Virus record (IMG/VR): IMGVR_UViG_3300017756_000069
Coordinates: 1 to 29,223 of that record
Direction: 5' to 3' (one strand)
Source of the DNA: a virus
Lineage: Duplodnaviria; Caudoviricetes
Length of the DNA stretch: 29,223 bases
The notes under the pieces were generated by a model. The model saw only the letters and a program-made list of their open reading frames with translations. It did not search any database and was not told the DNA's origin. The translations under genes were made by a program, and so were the position numbers. This document shows, piece after piece, positions 9,105-19,180 of the stretch. The first letter of the stretch is position 1. Each line of letters opens with the position of its first letter.

Positions 9105-9869
9105 ATGGCAAAAAAAGAAAAAACCGCACCTGCGGTATGGGAACAAAAAGACAGAGTATACGAACTAGTTGGTAATAAAAAACCCATCATAACTACAATA
9201 CCAGCAAAACACTCTGTTAAAAGATCTTTATTATGGTTTGATCCAGAAAAAGGTTATCAAAGAGAATTAAGATACGCTACAAACCAAAGCTCACCATTTG
9301 TTGATGAGCAAAAAGGTGAAGTTACATTACAACAAATTGTTTTTAGAGATGGAACTTTATTCGTGCCAAAGGCAAATGTATCACTACAAAAACTATTATC
9401 GCTTTATCACCCATTAAATGGTGGTATATATTACGAAGTAGATAATGTTAAACAAGCGAATGATGATTTAGCATATCTTGAAGCTGAAATTGAAGCTTTA
9501 AACTCTGCTAAAAACTTAGATATTGATCATTTAGAAGCTATATTAAGAGTAGAGGTTGGTAGTAAGGTTAATTCTATGACTTCTAAGGAGATTAAAAGAG
9601 ACGTGCTGTTGTTTGCGCGTAGAAATCCTATTTTATTCTTAGAACTAGCGTCTGATGACAACGTACAATTAAGAAATTTTGGTATAAAAGCCGTAGAAGA
9701 CGGTATTATTGACTTAAGTCAAGACCAAAGAAACTTTACTTGGGCATCAACAGGTAGAAAACTGTTATCTGTACCTTTTGAAGAAAACCCTTATTCAGCA
9801 CTAGCTGCTTGGTTTAAAACAGATGAAGGAGTAGAGATTTACTCAAGTATTGAAAAAAGATTAAAATAA
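9105..9869 (+). CDS. Hypothetical protein, 254 aa, probably virion-associated
   Basis: Clean ORF between MCP and ring proteins, flanked by two hairpins; no catalytic motif recognised. Confidence 0.8.
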   Translation: MAKKEKTAPAVWEQKDRVYELVGNKKPIITTIPAKHSVKRSLLWFDPEKGYQRELRYATNQSSPFVDEQKGEVTLQQIVFRDGTLFVPKANVSLQKLLSLYHPLNGGIYYEVDNVKQANDDLAYLEAEIEALNSAKNLDIDHLEAILRVEVGSKVNSMTSKEIKRDVLLFARRNPILFLELASDDNVQLRNFGIKAVEDGIIDLSQDQRNFTWASTGRKLLSVPFEENPYSALAAWFKTDEGVEIYSSIEKRLK

Positions 9870-9875
9870 AGTCAC

Positions 9876-9916
9876 TTATAGCGGTTAGGCCGCTTAACGT
9901 GGCCTAACTACTATAA
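9876..9916 (+). other. Intergenic RNA stem-loop without U-tract (processing/stability element or weak terminator)
   Basis: TTATAGCGGTTAGGCCGC-ttaac-GTGGCCTAACTACTATAA; 17 of 18 pairs including two G-U pairs that form only on the + transcript; followed by an A-run. Confidence 0.7.
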
Positions 9917-9926
9917 AAAATATAAA

Positions 9927-10643
9927 ATGGCAGTAAGTGTAGATACCGTATATCAAAGAGTGCTCGCTGTGTTAAATAAAGAGCAAAGAGGTTATTTAAC
10001 ACCTGAAGAATTTAATTTGTTTGCCAATCAAGTTCAAATGGATATATTTGAGCAGTATTTTTACGATATAAATCAATTTAGCAGATTGCATGGTAATGAT
10101 ACAGAGTATTCAGACGTGTTAAACATATTGAACGAAAAAATAAATATATTTGAAAAGCAAGCATCACTTGATTATGATGAAAACGCTACACCTCCACACT
10201 ACGATCTACCTACAGATATATATAGGTTAGGCACAGTTATATATAAAAGCTCTGAAGTTGAAAAAGTCAACAGAAACGAGTATTTATATATAAACTCTTC
10301 AGCCATAACCAAACCAACAGATGATTTTCCTATTTATACTAGAGATGAAAACGGTATAAGAGTTTATGGTACATCAGAAATAACTTCTGATTCAACTGTA
10401 ACGAATCCAGTAACTATAAACTACGTGAAAAGACCTGATAGAGTTATTTGGAACTATAACACTGTTTTAGGTAACGCTCAATATCAAGCTACAGGTAGTA
10501 ATGATTTTGATCTTCATGATTCAGAGGAAGTAGAAATTGTAACAAAAATATTAGCTTTAGCTGGTGTTTTAGTTAGAGATTTATCAGTATATCAATTAGC
10601 GATGCAAGAAGATATGCTTGCAGCACAACAAGAAAAACAATAA
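9927..10643 (+). CDS. Head-tail adaptor / tail ring protein, 238 aa
   Basis: LNKEQRGYLTPEEFNLFANQVQ, LPTDIYRL and INYVKRP patterns typical of tubular-A/ring adaptor proteins; position after the capsid genes. Confidence 0.7.
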   Translation: MAVSVDTVYQRVLAVLNKEQRGYLTPEEFNLFANQVQMDIFEQYFYDINQFSRLHGNDTEYSDVLNILNEKINIFEKQASLDYDENATPPHYDLPTDIYRLGTVIYKSSEVEKVNRNEYLYINSSAITKPTDDFPIYTRDENGIRVYGTSEITSDSTVTNPVTINYVKRPDRVIWNYNTVLGNAQYQATGSNDFDLHDSEEVEIVTKILALAGVLVRDLSVYQLAMQEDMLAAQQEKQ

Positions 10644-10646
10644 TAA

Positions 10647-11558
10647 ATGGCTTTATTTGAAGGAACACAGTATCAATACTATTACGGCCCTGATAATTTA
10701 TGGGGTACTAACGATGAGGTTTATGGAAACTACCAGTTTATAAAGCTAAAAGAGCTAGTTAATAATTTTATTATAGCTTATGTAGGTGAAGATAAAATTA
10801 TATCTAAAATAAAAAGAACAGATGTAGCTTTTCATGTAAAAAGAGCTATGCAAGAGTTTAGCTATGATATATTTAAAAGTGAAAAGTCTCAAGAAATAGA
10901 AATACCACCAAGCTTACAAATGCCACTACCACATGACTATGTTAATTATGTGAAAATTAGTTGGCTAGATCAAAGTGGTGTTGAAAGGCTTTTATATCCT
11001 GCTAGAAAAACTAGTAATCCACTACCTATACTTCAAGATGACAAATATGAATATTTGTTTGACTATCAAAGTGGTGAGATACTAACAGCCAACGAATCTG
11101 AAACTTGGAAGAAATTTAAATCAGACACTAGTAATGCATCAACTGACAACTTAGATGATTTAGAAAACGATCCTGGGTTGTTACAATTATTTGGCAGAAG
11201 ATATGGCATGGAGCCAGAAAATTCACAAACAAACGGTGTTTACTTTATAGATCCACTTAAAAGTAAAATATTCTTTGATTCGTCAATGACTGGCAAAGTT
11301 ATTACTTTAAAATACATAAGCGACGGTTTAGCTGTAGACGCGGATATGATAGTTCACAAGTTTGCTGAAGAAGCCGTGTATCAGCACGTTGCTCACGCTA
11401 TACTGTCAACAAGAGCTAATGTTCCAGAATATATAATTCAAAGATTTCAAAAAGGTAAATTTGCAAAAGCTAGACAAGCTAAGTTAAGACTATCTAATTT
11501 AAAAATAGAGGAGCTTACTCAAGTAATGAGAGGTAAGTCTAAAGTTATAAAACACTAA
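10647..11558 (+). CDS. Second tail ring/adaptor protein, 303 aa
   Basis: Shares the adaptor pattern (LPHDYVNYVKI...ITLKYISDG...VHKFAEEAVY); directly before the nozzle gene. Confidence 0.65.
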   Translation: MALFEGTQYQYYYGPDNLWGTNDEVYGNYQFIKLKELVNNFIIAYVGEDKIISKIKRTDVAFHVKRAMQEFSYDIFKSEKSQEIEIPPSLQMPLPHDYVNYVKISWLDQSGVERLLYPARKTSNPLPILQDDKYEYLFDYQSGEILTANESETWKKFKSDTSNASTDNLDDLENDPGLLQLFGRRYGMEPENSQTNGVYFIDPLKSKIFFDSSMTGKVITLKYISDGLAVDADMIVHKFAEEAVYQHVAHAILSTRANVPEYIIQRFQKGKFAKARQAKLRLSNLKIEELTQVMRGKSKVIKH

Positions 11559-11561
11559 TAT

Positions 11562-14500
11562 ATGCCTGAAATTAAAAATGTTTTTTCGGCAGGTAAAATG
11601 AATAAAGACCTGGACGAAAGATTAATTCCCAATGGCCAGTATCGAGATGCTTTGAATATAAAGATATCTAGTTCTGAGGGTGCGGACGTAGGTGCAATTG
11701 AAAATATATTAGGTAACACAGCTATTTTTAATAGATCTTATAATGAGGTTACTAACTCATACACTCAATGGGGTTTAAACGACTCTGACACAAACTACTA
11801 TGGTTTTGATAACTGTAAAACAGTAGGTGTTATAAGATACGATAGAAATGAAAAAATATATTGGCTTCTAAGTGGTAGCAATCAAGATGGTATACTAGAG
11901 TTTGATCAAACAACTAAAGTTGTATCTCCTGTTGTTATAGATAAAAACAACGTTTTAAAATTTTCATCAAATACTCTTATTACAGGTATAAATATAATCG
12001 ATGGCTTGTTGTTTTTTACTGATGACTTAAATGAGCCAAAATGTATCAACATAGAAAGATTCAAAACTGCAGCAGCAGCCTCAGGAGACACTTCTCACAC
12101 TGAAATTTACGGTAGAGATTTTATAGAATCAGATGTAACCGTAATAAAAAAATCACCTATTACAGCCCCCACTTTGGAGATGTACAGAACAAAGCAGCTT
12201 GACGATAATGGCAATGTTACTAATGTAGATACAGGTTGGTATGGAGCTTTAGGTAGCAATGTAGATGGTGAACCAACACCATTTGATCCAGGTACTGCTG
12301 TTACTATGTATTGGAATCAACCTTATCCTTTTTATAATGTTGGTGATACTTTAGTTTTAACGGCTTCAAACGGTGAAGATGATGAAGATCATATAGCTAG
12401 AGTTAAAGTTTTTGAAGTACCAACAGGTAATACTCAAAACTTTGCTAAAGTAAACGTGTTGTCTATTAACACAGCACCAGCAACGAGTACATTTTGGGAG
12501 GTAACTTTAGAACAAACTCCACCCATGTTTGAGTTTAAGTTTGCTAGGTTTGCGTATAGATATATATACAATGATAATCAAGTTTCTTGTTTTTCTCCTT
12601 TTTCTGAGCCAGCATTTTTACCTGACGAAAAAGCTTTTGAATATAACCCAGAGCAAGGTTACAATGTGTTAATGAAAAACACGGTTAGAAATTTAAAAGT
12701 AAAAAACTTCGCGTCAAGTGGGACAGTTCCATCCGATGTAGAAAAAATAGATATATTATATAAAGATTCTTCAAACCAAAATGTTTATGTTGTAGATACA
12801 ATTGAAAAAGACTCTTCTGGTAACTTTGCTAATCAGTATAGTATAAAATCTGAAATAATAAGCAAGGTTATAGAGTCTAATCAAATACTAAGACCGTTTG
12901 ATAATGTACCAAGAAAAGCAAAATCTCAAGAAATAATTGCCAATAGGCTAGTTTATGCTAATTATTTACAGAACTTTGATATAAAAAATGCAAACGGTGA
13001 CATTGTAAAACCTAAAGTATCTATAAACATTGACAATTACCCAACTTGGAATATTACTAATGAATCAGCTGGTAAATCAATAAAAACTTTAAGAACTTAT
13101 CAAATTGGCGTTGCTTATAGAGATGAACATGGTAGAGAAACACCAGTGTTTTCATCAGAAACAAGTTCTACTGTATTAGGTAAAACATCAGCAAACTTAA
13201 ATAATAGAATATCTGCGGTAATAGAATCAGATCCTCCAGAAGGTTTTACTCATTTTAAGTTTTTTGTTAAAGAAAATTCAAACGAGTACTATAATTTATC
13301 AATGGATAGATTTTACGTTGAGTCAGATGATAATGTTTGGATATCTTTTCCATCTTCAGAAAGAAATAAAATAAAAGAAGATGACTTTATTATATTAAAA
13401 AAACAACACGATAGCAACAACTTTGTTGATGAAGAAGCTAGATACAAAATTATAGCTTTAGAAAATGAAGCTCCAGACACAATAAAAACAAAAAATGTAA
13501 ACAAAGCTAAAATACAAGGTTCGGGTAATAATAACACCTTTGTATCTGACGGTCAGCCAGTTGAAACTGCTTTAACTTTAAAAATACTAAATCAAGCTTG
13601 GGTTGACTCTGGCGCTGATTCTAGAGACAACGCTTTGTTAGGTGAACCACAGCTTTGTTGTAAAATATTTACAGAAACAAATACAACACCTGTTTTTTAT
13701 GATATAGAAAGTATACAAAAAGTTGGATCTGGTAACGATGCTCATTACAAGATTACTTTAAATAAACCACTATCTGGTATGGCTTTTGCTACAAGTAATG
13801 GTCAAGAAGCTGTAGGTTTAGGTATAAATATATTTCAAAAAGAAATACAAAATAAACCAGAGTTTGCTGGTAGATTTTTTGCAAAAATATATAGTGATAA
13901 AGCTTTAGTTGACAGAATAACATCGGTAAACGAAAAAGAAGGTTATGCTATAGCTTCTACTCGCACTCTTGGTAAAATGACTAGATTTGGAGATAATGAT
14001 GATAACTGGAAATCTGGCGATAGAGGTTGGCATATAGATAATTCACAGCCTCGTTATCATACAGCTGTTCAAGGGGGATTGTTGCCACATAATAGTAATC
14101 TTCCTGGAGAAACGCTTAACGTTGGTGCGAAACGAGGTAGAGGGACTAGAGTGGGCTCAAAATACATAGATATATGTTATTTTAAATGGGGACCTGGTAG
14201 TGGTAGCGCGGCAAGAAACGCATGGGACGGTTATTGGTGGGGCTTTGAAAATAAAGTTCCAGACGCAGCTGATACAGCTAATTTTTTACAGTCACCTGGA
14301 CAAAAGATAAGATGGACTGATGATCCAGATGGCACTATATATGAAATAGTCGATTATGCTAGAGTTCATTGTGTTACTTATAAAGGCAGCAAAAAAGGAA
14401 AGTTCGCTTCATCGAGATTAATAAGATTTACAATTCAACTAGATAAACCTCTAACTTGGTCACCAGATGACTCTTTACAGTTAACAGAAGTAGGTGGAAG

Positions 14501-15803
14501 TACTACTACTAATTTAGAGTTTTTAAGAATAGTAGATGAAGACTCTGGAACGTACACATCAAAAAACCCTGCTATTTTTGAAACTGAGCCCGATGAAAAT
14601 GTTGACATTGATATATACTATGAAGCTAGTGATAATATACCAATCGCTCAACACGGAACTGAAGCGTTGCCATCTACTCACGATTTAGATTGGTTCAACT
14701 GCTATTCGTTTAACAATGGTGTAGAGTCTGACAGAATAAGAGATGATTTTAACGCTGTAAGAATAGGTAAAGGTGTAAAAGTATCTGCAACACTAGATGA
14801 GCCATACCAAGAAGAAAGAAGAGGATCAGGTTTAATATTTTCTCAAATATTCAACTCTTTAACAGGCACAAACAAACTTAATCAGTTTATACAAGCTCAA
14901 CCTATAACTAAAGACTTAAATCCAGCAAATGGATCAATACAAAAACTTCACGCTAGAGACACAGATTTAGTTGTAATGTGTGAAGATAAAGTTTTAAAGA
15001 TTTTAGCTCAGAAAGATGCCTTATTTAACGCAGACGGATCTGCTAACGTTACATCTAACGCGGCTGTTTTAGGTCAAGCGATACCTTTTGTTGGTGAATA
15101 TGGTATATCTAAAAACCCAGAGTCGTATGCTTATTATGGTTTTAGATCTTACTTCACAGATAAAAATAGAGGTGTTGTTTTAAGGCTATCAAGAGATGGT
15201 TTAGAAGAAATATCTTCAAACGGCATGAGCGATTATTTTTCAGATAAACTTGCTTCAGAAAACACAATGATTGGCAACTACGACGAAGACTCTGGATGCT
15301 ACAATGTTAGTTTTTCTGATGAAACAGTTTCTTTTGAAGAAACAGTTAGAGGTTGGCCAACTAGAAAATCTTTTGTAGCTGAAGCTGGTGTATCTTTAAA
15401 TAACATATATTACACATTTAAAGATGGTGTCATATGGTCACATGACAATCAAACAAGAAATAACTTTTATGGTACTCAATATAAATCAACAGTAAAGCTA
15501 GTGTTTAACGAGTCACCATCAAAAATTAAAAACTTTAAAACAATATTTTACGAAGGAGACTCTGGTTGGACTTGTCCAAAAATATCTACAGATCAACAAG
15601 ACGGTAGCGTTCCAGGCTTTTCTAATAAAGAAGGTATATATTATAACTTTATAAAAGGCATTGAAAACACATGGGATAATAACTTTCAAGCTGGTACTCT
15701 AGATACTAAAGAGTTTTCAACGCAAGGTATAGATATACTTGGATCAATAACTGGCACAACTAAGAGTGACTTTATTTTAACAATAGAAGAAGACGGAAAT
15801 TAA
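11562..15803 (+). CDS. Tail nozzle/muzzle (stabilisation) protein, P22 gp10/T7 gp12-like role, 1413 aa
   Basis: N-terminal F..GKMNKDLDERLIPNGQYRDALN, RFAYRY, YQIGVAYRDEHGRETPV and C-terminal propeller-like GEYGISKNPES..YFTDKNRGVVLRLSRDGLEEIS. Confidence 0.8.
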   Translation: MPEIKNVFSAGKMNKDLDERLIPNGQYRDALNIKISSSEGADVGAIENILGNTAIFNRSYNEVTNSYTQWGLNDSDTNYYGFDNCKTVGVIRYDRNEKIYWLLSGSNQDGILEFDQTTKVVSPVVIDKNNVLKFSSNTLITGINIIDGLLFFTDDLNEPKCINIERFKTAAAASGDTSHTEIYGRDFIESDVTVIKKSPITAPTLEMYRTKQLDDNGNVTNVDTGWYGALGSNVDGEPTPFDPGTAVTMYWNQPYPFYNVGDTLVLTASNGEDDEDHIARVKVFEVPTGNTQNFAKVNVLSINTAPATSTFWEVTLEQTPPMFEFKFARFAYRYIYNDNQVSCFSPFSEPAFLPDEKAFEYNPEQGYNVLMKNTVRNLKVKNFASSGTVPSDVEKIDILYKDSSNQNVYVVDTIEKDSSGNFANQYSIKSEIISKVIESNQILRPFDNVPRKAKSQEIIANRLVYANYLQNFDIKNANGDIVKPKVSINIDNYPTWNITNESAGKSIKTLRTYQIGVAYRDEHGRETPVFSSETSSTVLGKTSANLNNRISAVIESDPPEGFTHFKFFVKENSNEYYNLSMDRFYVESDDNVWISFPSSERNKIKEDDFIILKKQHDSNNFVDEEARYKIIALENEAPDTIKTKNVNKAKIQGSGNNNTFVSDGQPVETALTLKILNQAWVDSGADSRDNALLGEPQLCCKIFTETNTTPVFYDIESIQKVGSGNDAHYKITLNKPLSGMAFATSNGQEAVGLGINIFQKEIQNKPEFAGRFFAKIYSDKALVDRITSVNEKEGYAIASTRTLGKMTRFGDNDDNWKSGDRGWHIDNSQPRYHTAVQGGLLPHNSNLPGETLNVGAKRGRGTRVGSKYIDICYFKWGPGSGSAARNAWDGYWWGFENKVPDAADTANFLQSPGQKIRWTDDPDGTIYEIVDYARVHCVTYKGSKKGKFASSRLIRFTIQLDKPLTWSPDDSLQLTEVGGSTTTNLEFLRIVDEDSGTYTSKNPAIFETEPDENVDIDIYYEASDNIPIAQHGTEALPSTHDLDWFNCYSFNNGVESDRIRDDFNAVRIGKGVKVSATLDEPYQEERRGSGLIFSQIFNSLTGTNKLNQFIQAQPITKDLNPANGSIQKLHARDTDLVVMCEDKVLKILAQKDALFNADGSANVTSNAAVLGQAIPFVGEYGISKNPESYAYYGFRSYFTDKNRGVVLRLSRDGLEEISSNGMSDYFSDKLASENTMIGNYDEDSGCYNVSFSDETVSFEETVRGWPTRKSFVAEAGVSLNNIYYTFKDGVIWSHDNQTRNNFYGTQYKSTVKLVFNESPSKIKNFKTIFYEGDSGWTCPKISTDQQDGSVPGFSNKEGIYYNFIKGIENTWDNNFQAGTLDTKEFSTQGIDILGSITGTTKSDFILTIEEDGN

Positions 15804-15804
15804 T

Positions 15805-18780
15805 ATGGCACTAATAAATTGTAGTATAAATTCAGCTTCGTTAACTAAAACAGGCGGTCAAGCTATAGGAAGTGATAATGCGACTTTAACAATAACACCA
15901 GCTACAGGTTATGTTGTAAATGCTGCAGATTTTACTGTTTCTAATGTTTCGTTTTCATCAAACGGTAATAGTTTAACGTTTCAACATGGTCAAAACGGAG
16001 TTGTTTTACCCACTGGTGTAACAAGTGTTACTTTAATAAACACTGGAACTGGTGGCGGTGTTGGAAACACTATCGCGGTTGCTGTAGATTTAACTAATAG
16101 TTTTGTCATGCCTTCGTCAGATACTACGCTTATTGTAGATATCGATGGATCTGCAACTTTACAAGGTTTTACAGTTCAAGGTACTTTTGAGCAAATAGGT
16201 AGCGGTTTATCTGTAGCCAACACAACTACAGGCAACTGGGGCCCTGTTTCTGGTCAATTTAATTCTTCATCTACAGTTTTTACCCGCACTATATCAGCTG
16301 CAAGTGGTAAGTATTTTCCAACTGCACCAACTTGTGAAATAGCTATAGGTGATAGTTCTAGATACACCATAAGTAGCTCAGATGCAACTGACAGTGACAA
16401 CAATATAACAGGTAGAGCTTTTACAGTTTCTTACAATTTTCCAAATCAAAACGTAACTGGTGATAAAATAAAAATTACTGGTACAGCTATAGATATACCT
16501 TCAACTACAACAGAAATAACAGCTTATAGTATATCTACTAACAAAATACCAAATTCTGGAGAAACTAGATTGTATAGGGTGTATGGAACACCTGGCGCTA
16601 CTTTTAGCGTTGCTGTTGTTGATTCTAACAATAGTAGTGTTGCAGGAATATCAAATATAACACTAGACAGCACTGGTACTTATGATTATTATATAACTTT
16701 TCCAAGTATATCTTCAGGCAGCGAAACTTATACTATAACAATATCTGGAGACCTGTCTAGTACATTTGGCACGTCAAGTGGCCAACCTACATCAGTTAAT
16801 ATAGTTCAACAATCAAACGTTATATTAACTTTAGGGTTAACATGCTCAGATTCTACAGTAACTGTACCTGCAAATCAAAGCATAAATCTACCTATAGATG
16901 AGGTTGACTTTTCTACATCTTATACTAATGAACAATACACTTTCTACTTTACAGTAACACGAACGGTTGCTTTGTATTTAAAAACTATACCTACATCTGC
17001 TTTTAACAATCAAAGTCAAACTAGTGGTATAAATTTTGATGTACAGTCTATAACAATAACTAACAACAACACAACTAGCGTAACACTTGCTGTGCTTGTT
17101 AATTTAAACTCCACAGAAGACACAAATTTAACTAGTACGCTTAATTTAGATACGTATATAAACAACGTGCCTACTGGATCGCCTTTCACGTTTAATGTTA
17201 ACCAAGGAGATCCTATAACTTTAAACTTACAGTCGAGATCTAGCGCTAGTGATCCTGAAGGTGATGGGCTTGCGTTTATAATATCAGGTTTACCAACAAA
17301 TGGTAAACTTTTTACAGATGCAAATAGAACAGATGAAATATTGTCTAATGAGTTGCCAGCTACATTATCTGGTAATACTGTTTATTATGAACATGATAAT
17401 ACCAACACATCTTCAGACACTTTTACATTTAAAATATCTGATGGTAATTCTACAACAGCAAATATAACAGCTACAGCAAATGTTAATTTAAACCAAGCTC
17501 CTACAGCTAGCGGTTTTACTTTTTCTTTATTAAAAGGAGCATCAAAAGAATTAAACTTAGCAACACTTTCAAGCCCTTCAGATCCAGACGGTGACACTTT
17601 AAGTTATAAAATAACAGGTTTACCTTCTGCGGGATCAGATGCTAGCGGTCAGCTATTTACAGATTCAGCTTTACAAAACCAAATAACAAGCACACCAACA
17701 ACACTAAGCAGTTCAACTATATACTACAAACACGATAATAGTAATGATTTAACTGACTCTTTTACTTTTAGAGTTAGCGACGGATCTACTGAAACATCTG
17801 ATTTAACAGCATCGGCAACTATAGGCGTTGCTCCTGGAGCTGCAATTTCAACATCAGGTAACTCTGGTATTTTCTTAATAGCAGTAACGCTAGGGACTGC
17901 TGCTGGAACTTTTAAAGTTCATTGTGATTCTTTTGATGTTTTTGATAGATTTCAAATATTGTTTGATACAAATGGTAATTCTAATAACATAGCTGACATG
18001 GAAGTTGTTGCAGATTCGCTTTATGTTGGTGATAACGATTTTGGGAGTAATGATATTCCAAGTAACGGCCAAACGACAGGTTTAAGTGAATACACATACG
18101 TTGGATCAGGAGGAAATGCTCCGGTAGCTGACTTTAACGGGAGTACATCAGCTGCCGATAAGTGGAATAGAACCGGAAACGCTAATCAAACTATAACTAT
18201 AACAGATGATATAGTTTCTATTGCTTCTGCTGTAAATAGAAGTAATTTTCCTGCTGACACAAGCGAGTTAGCGCCTTCAAGAGGGTCAAACTCAACAACA
18301 ATAAAACAAGTTAATGTTCAAACTGGTAGAGTTGAATCTACAACTAGTAACAATTACAGTCTTATTACGGGTGGCGCTTTAAACAATGGTAACGTTTGTC
18401 TTTATTATACTAAGTCTGCTACTACTAACACAGTAGCATATATAAAAATATCTAGTCACCCTACAGAGGGTACAGGTTGGAATATTTTACACACTAGCTT
18501 CAATGCTAACTTTGGAACTGCTTATGTTCAAACAAATAATGGTTGTGGTGCAACTGCATATCATACTACTTTTTTAGCTTATCCACAGGATAATACATGG
18601 GCTAACGGTAAAATAGTGTATTTAGATCCAGAAGAAACTCAAGTTTTGGTAGGAAATGGTAATACATATAAATTTCACACATATGTAAATGATCCAGACA
18701 ACATAAGTAGTTATCAAGGTGTTACTGCTACTATAAGCAACACCGGTGTTATTAGTTCTAAGTTTACGTGTACAGCATAA
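15805..18780 (+). CDS. Ser/Thr/Asn-rich beta-sandwich virion protein (tail fibre/adhesin-like) with cadherin-like repeats, 991 aa
   Basis: Beta-strand periodicity throughout, very few basic residues, two ~110 aa repeats with N..P, SDP[ED]GD.L and D[TS]FTF.[IV]SDG. Confidence 0.75.
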   Translation: MALINCSINSASLTKTGGQAIGSDNATLTITPATGYVVNAADFTVSNVSFSSNGNSLTFQHGQNGVVLPTGVTSVTLINTGTGGGVGNTIAVAVDLTNSFVMPSSDTTLIVDIDGSATLQGFTVQGTFEQIGSGLSVANTTTGNWGPVSGQFNSSSTVFTRTISAASGKYFPTAPTCEIAIGDSSRYTISSSDATDSDNNITGRAFTVSYNFPNQNVTGDKIKITGTAIDIPSTTTEITAYSISTNKIPNSGETRLYRVYGTPGATFSVAVVDSNNSSVAGISNITLDSTGTYDYYITFPSISSGSETYTITISGDLSSTFGTSSGQPTSVNIVQQSNVILTLGLTCSDSTVTVPANQSINLPIDEVDFSTSYTNEQYTFYFTVTRTVALYLKTIPTSAFNNQSQTSGINFDVQSITITNNNTTSVTLAVLVNLNSTEDTNLTSTLNLDTYINNVPTGSPFTFNVNQGDPITLNLQSRSSASDPEGDGLAFIISGLPTNGKLFTDANRTDEILSNELPATLSGNTVYYEHDNTNTSSDTFTFKISDGNSTTANITATANVNLNQAPTASGFTFSLLKGASKELNLATLSSPSDPDGDTLSYKITGLPSAGSDASGQLFTDSALQNQITSTPTTLSSSTIYYKHDNSNDLTDSFTFRVSDGSTETSDLTASATIGVAPGAAISTSGNSGIFLIAVTLGTAAGTFKVHCDSFDVFDRFQILFDTNGNSNNIADMEVVADSLYVGDNDFGSNDIPSNGQTTGLSEYTYVGSGGNAPVADFNGSTSAADKWNRTGNANQTITITDDIVSIASAVNRSNFPADTSELAPSRGSNSTTIKQVNVQTGRVESTTSNNYSLITGGALNNGNVCLYYTKSATTNTVAYIKISSHPTEGTGWNILHTSFNANFGTAYVQTNNGCGATAYHTTFLAYPQDNTWANGKIVYLDPEETQVLVGNGNTYKFHTYVNDPDNISSYQGVTATISNTGVISSKFTCTA
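17161..17829 (+). repeat. Two tandem cadherin-like/bacterial Ig-like domains (aa ~453-562 and ~563-675)
   Basis: NNVPTGSPFTF..SDPEGDGLAFIISGLP..LFTD..YYEHDN..DTFTFKISDG versus NQAPTASGFTF..SDPDGDTLSYKITGLP..LFTD..YYKHDN..DSFTFRVSDG. Confidence 0.85.
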
Positions 18781-18791
18781 TATAAAAACAT

Positions 18792-19136
18792 ATGGCAACT
18801 ATAGTATTAAACTTTAACAACCCAATAAACGTATCTATACAGTCTAACAGCGACTCAAATACTGGTTACGCTGGAGCTGATATAGTTTATTTTAAAAATT
18901 CATCAGGTGTATTTCAAATAGGACCGTGTATAGGTGTAACTAAAACTTCAGTAACATGTGACACGCCTGACAACGCTTTAAGGCCTTCTAACGGTGATTT
19001 TATATTTTTTGCTAAATCACCAGTAACAAACACGTCAGGTGTTATAGGCTATTACGCAGACGTTGATTTTGAAATAACGTCTACAACTAAAAAAGAGCTT
19101 TTCGCTGTTAACTCAGAGATATTCTTAAGTAGTTAA
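18792..19136 (+). CDS. Small tail-associated beta protein, 114 aa
   Basis: Clean ORF closing the tail cluster; ends GYYADVDF...ELFAVNSEIFLSS. Confidence 0.75.
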   Translation: MATIVLNFNNPINVSIQSNSDSNTGYAGADIVYFKNSSGVFQIGPCIGVTKTSVTCDTPDNALRPSNGDFIFFAKSPVTNTSGVIGYYADVDFEITSTTKKELFAVNSEIFLSS

Positions 19137-19152
19137 TATTTAGTGATAAAGT

Positions 19153-19160
19153 GTAATAAT
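19153..19160 (+). promoter_or_regulatory. Putative phage promoter element GTAATAAT (copy 3) upstream of ejection-protein genes
   Basis: Context AAGTGTAATAAT closely matches ACGTGTAATATT at 28821; a partial GTGATAAA lies at 19143. Confidence 0.4.
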
Positions 19161-19180
19161 ATTAATATAAATAACTTATA

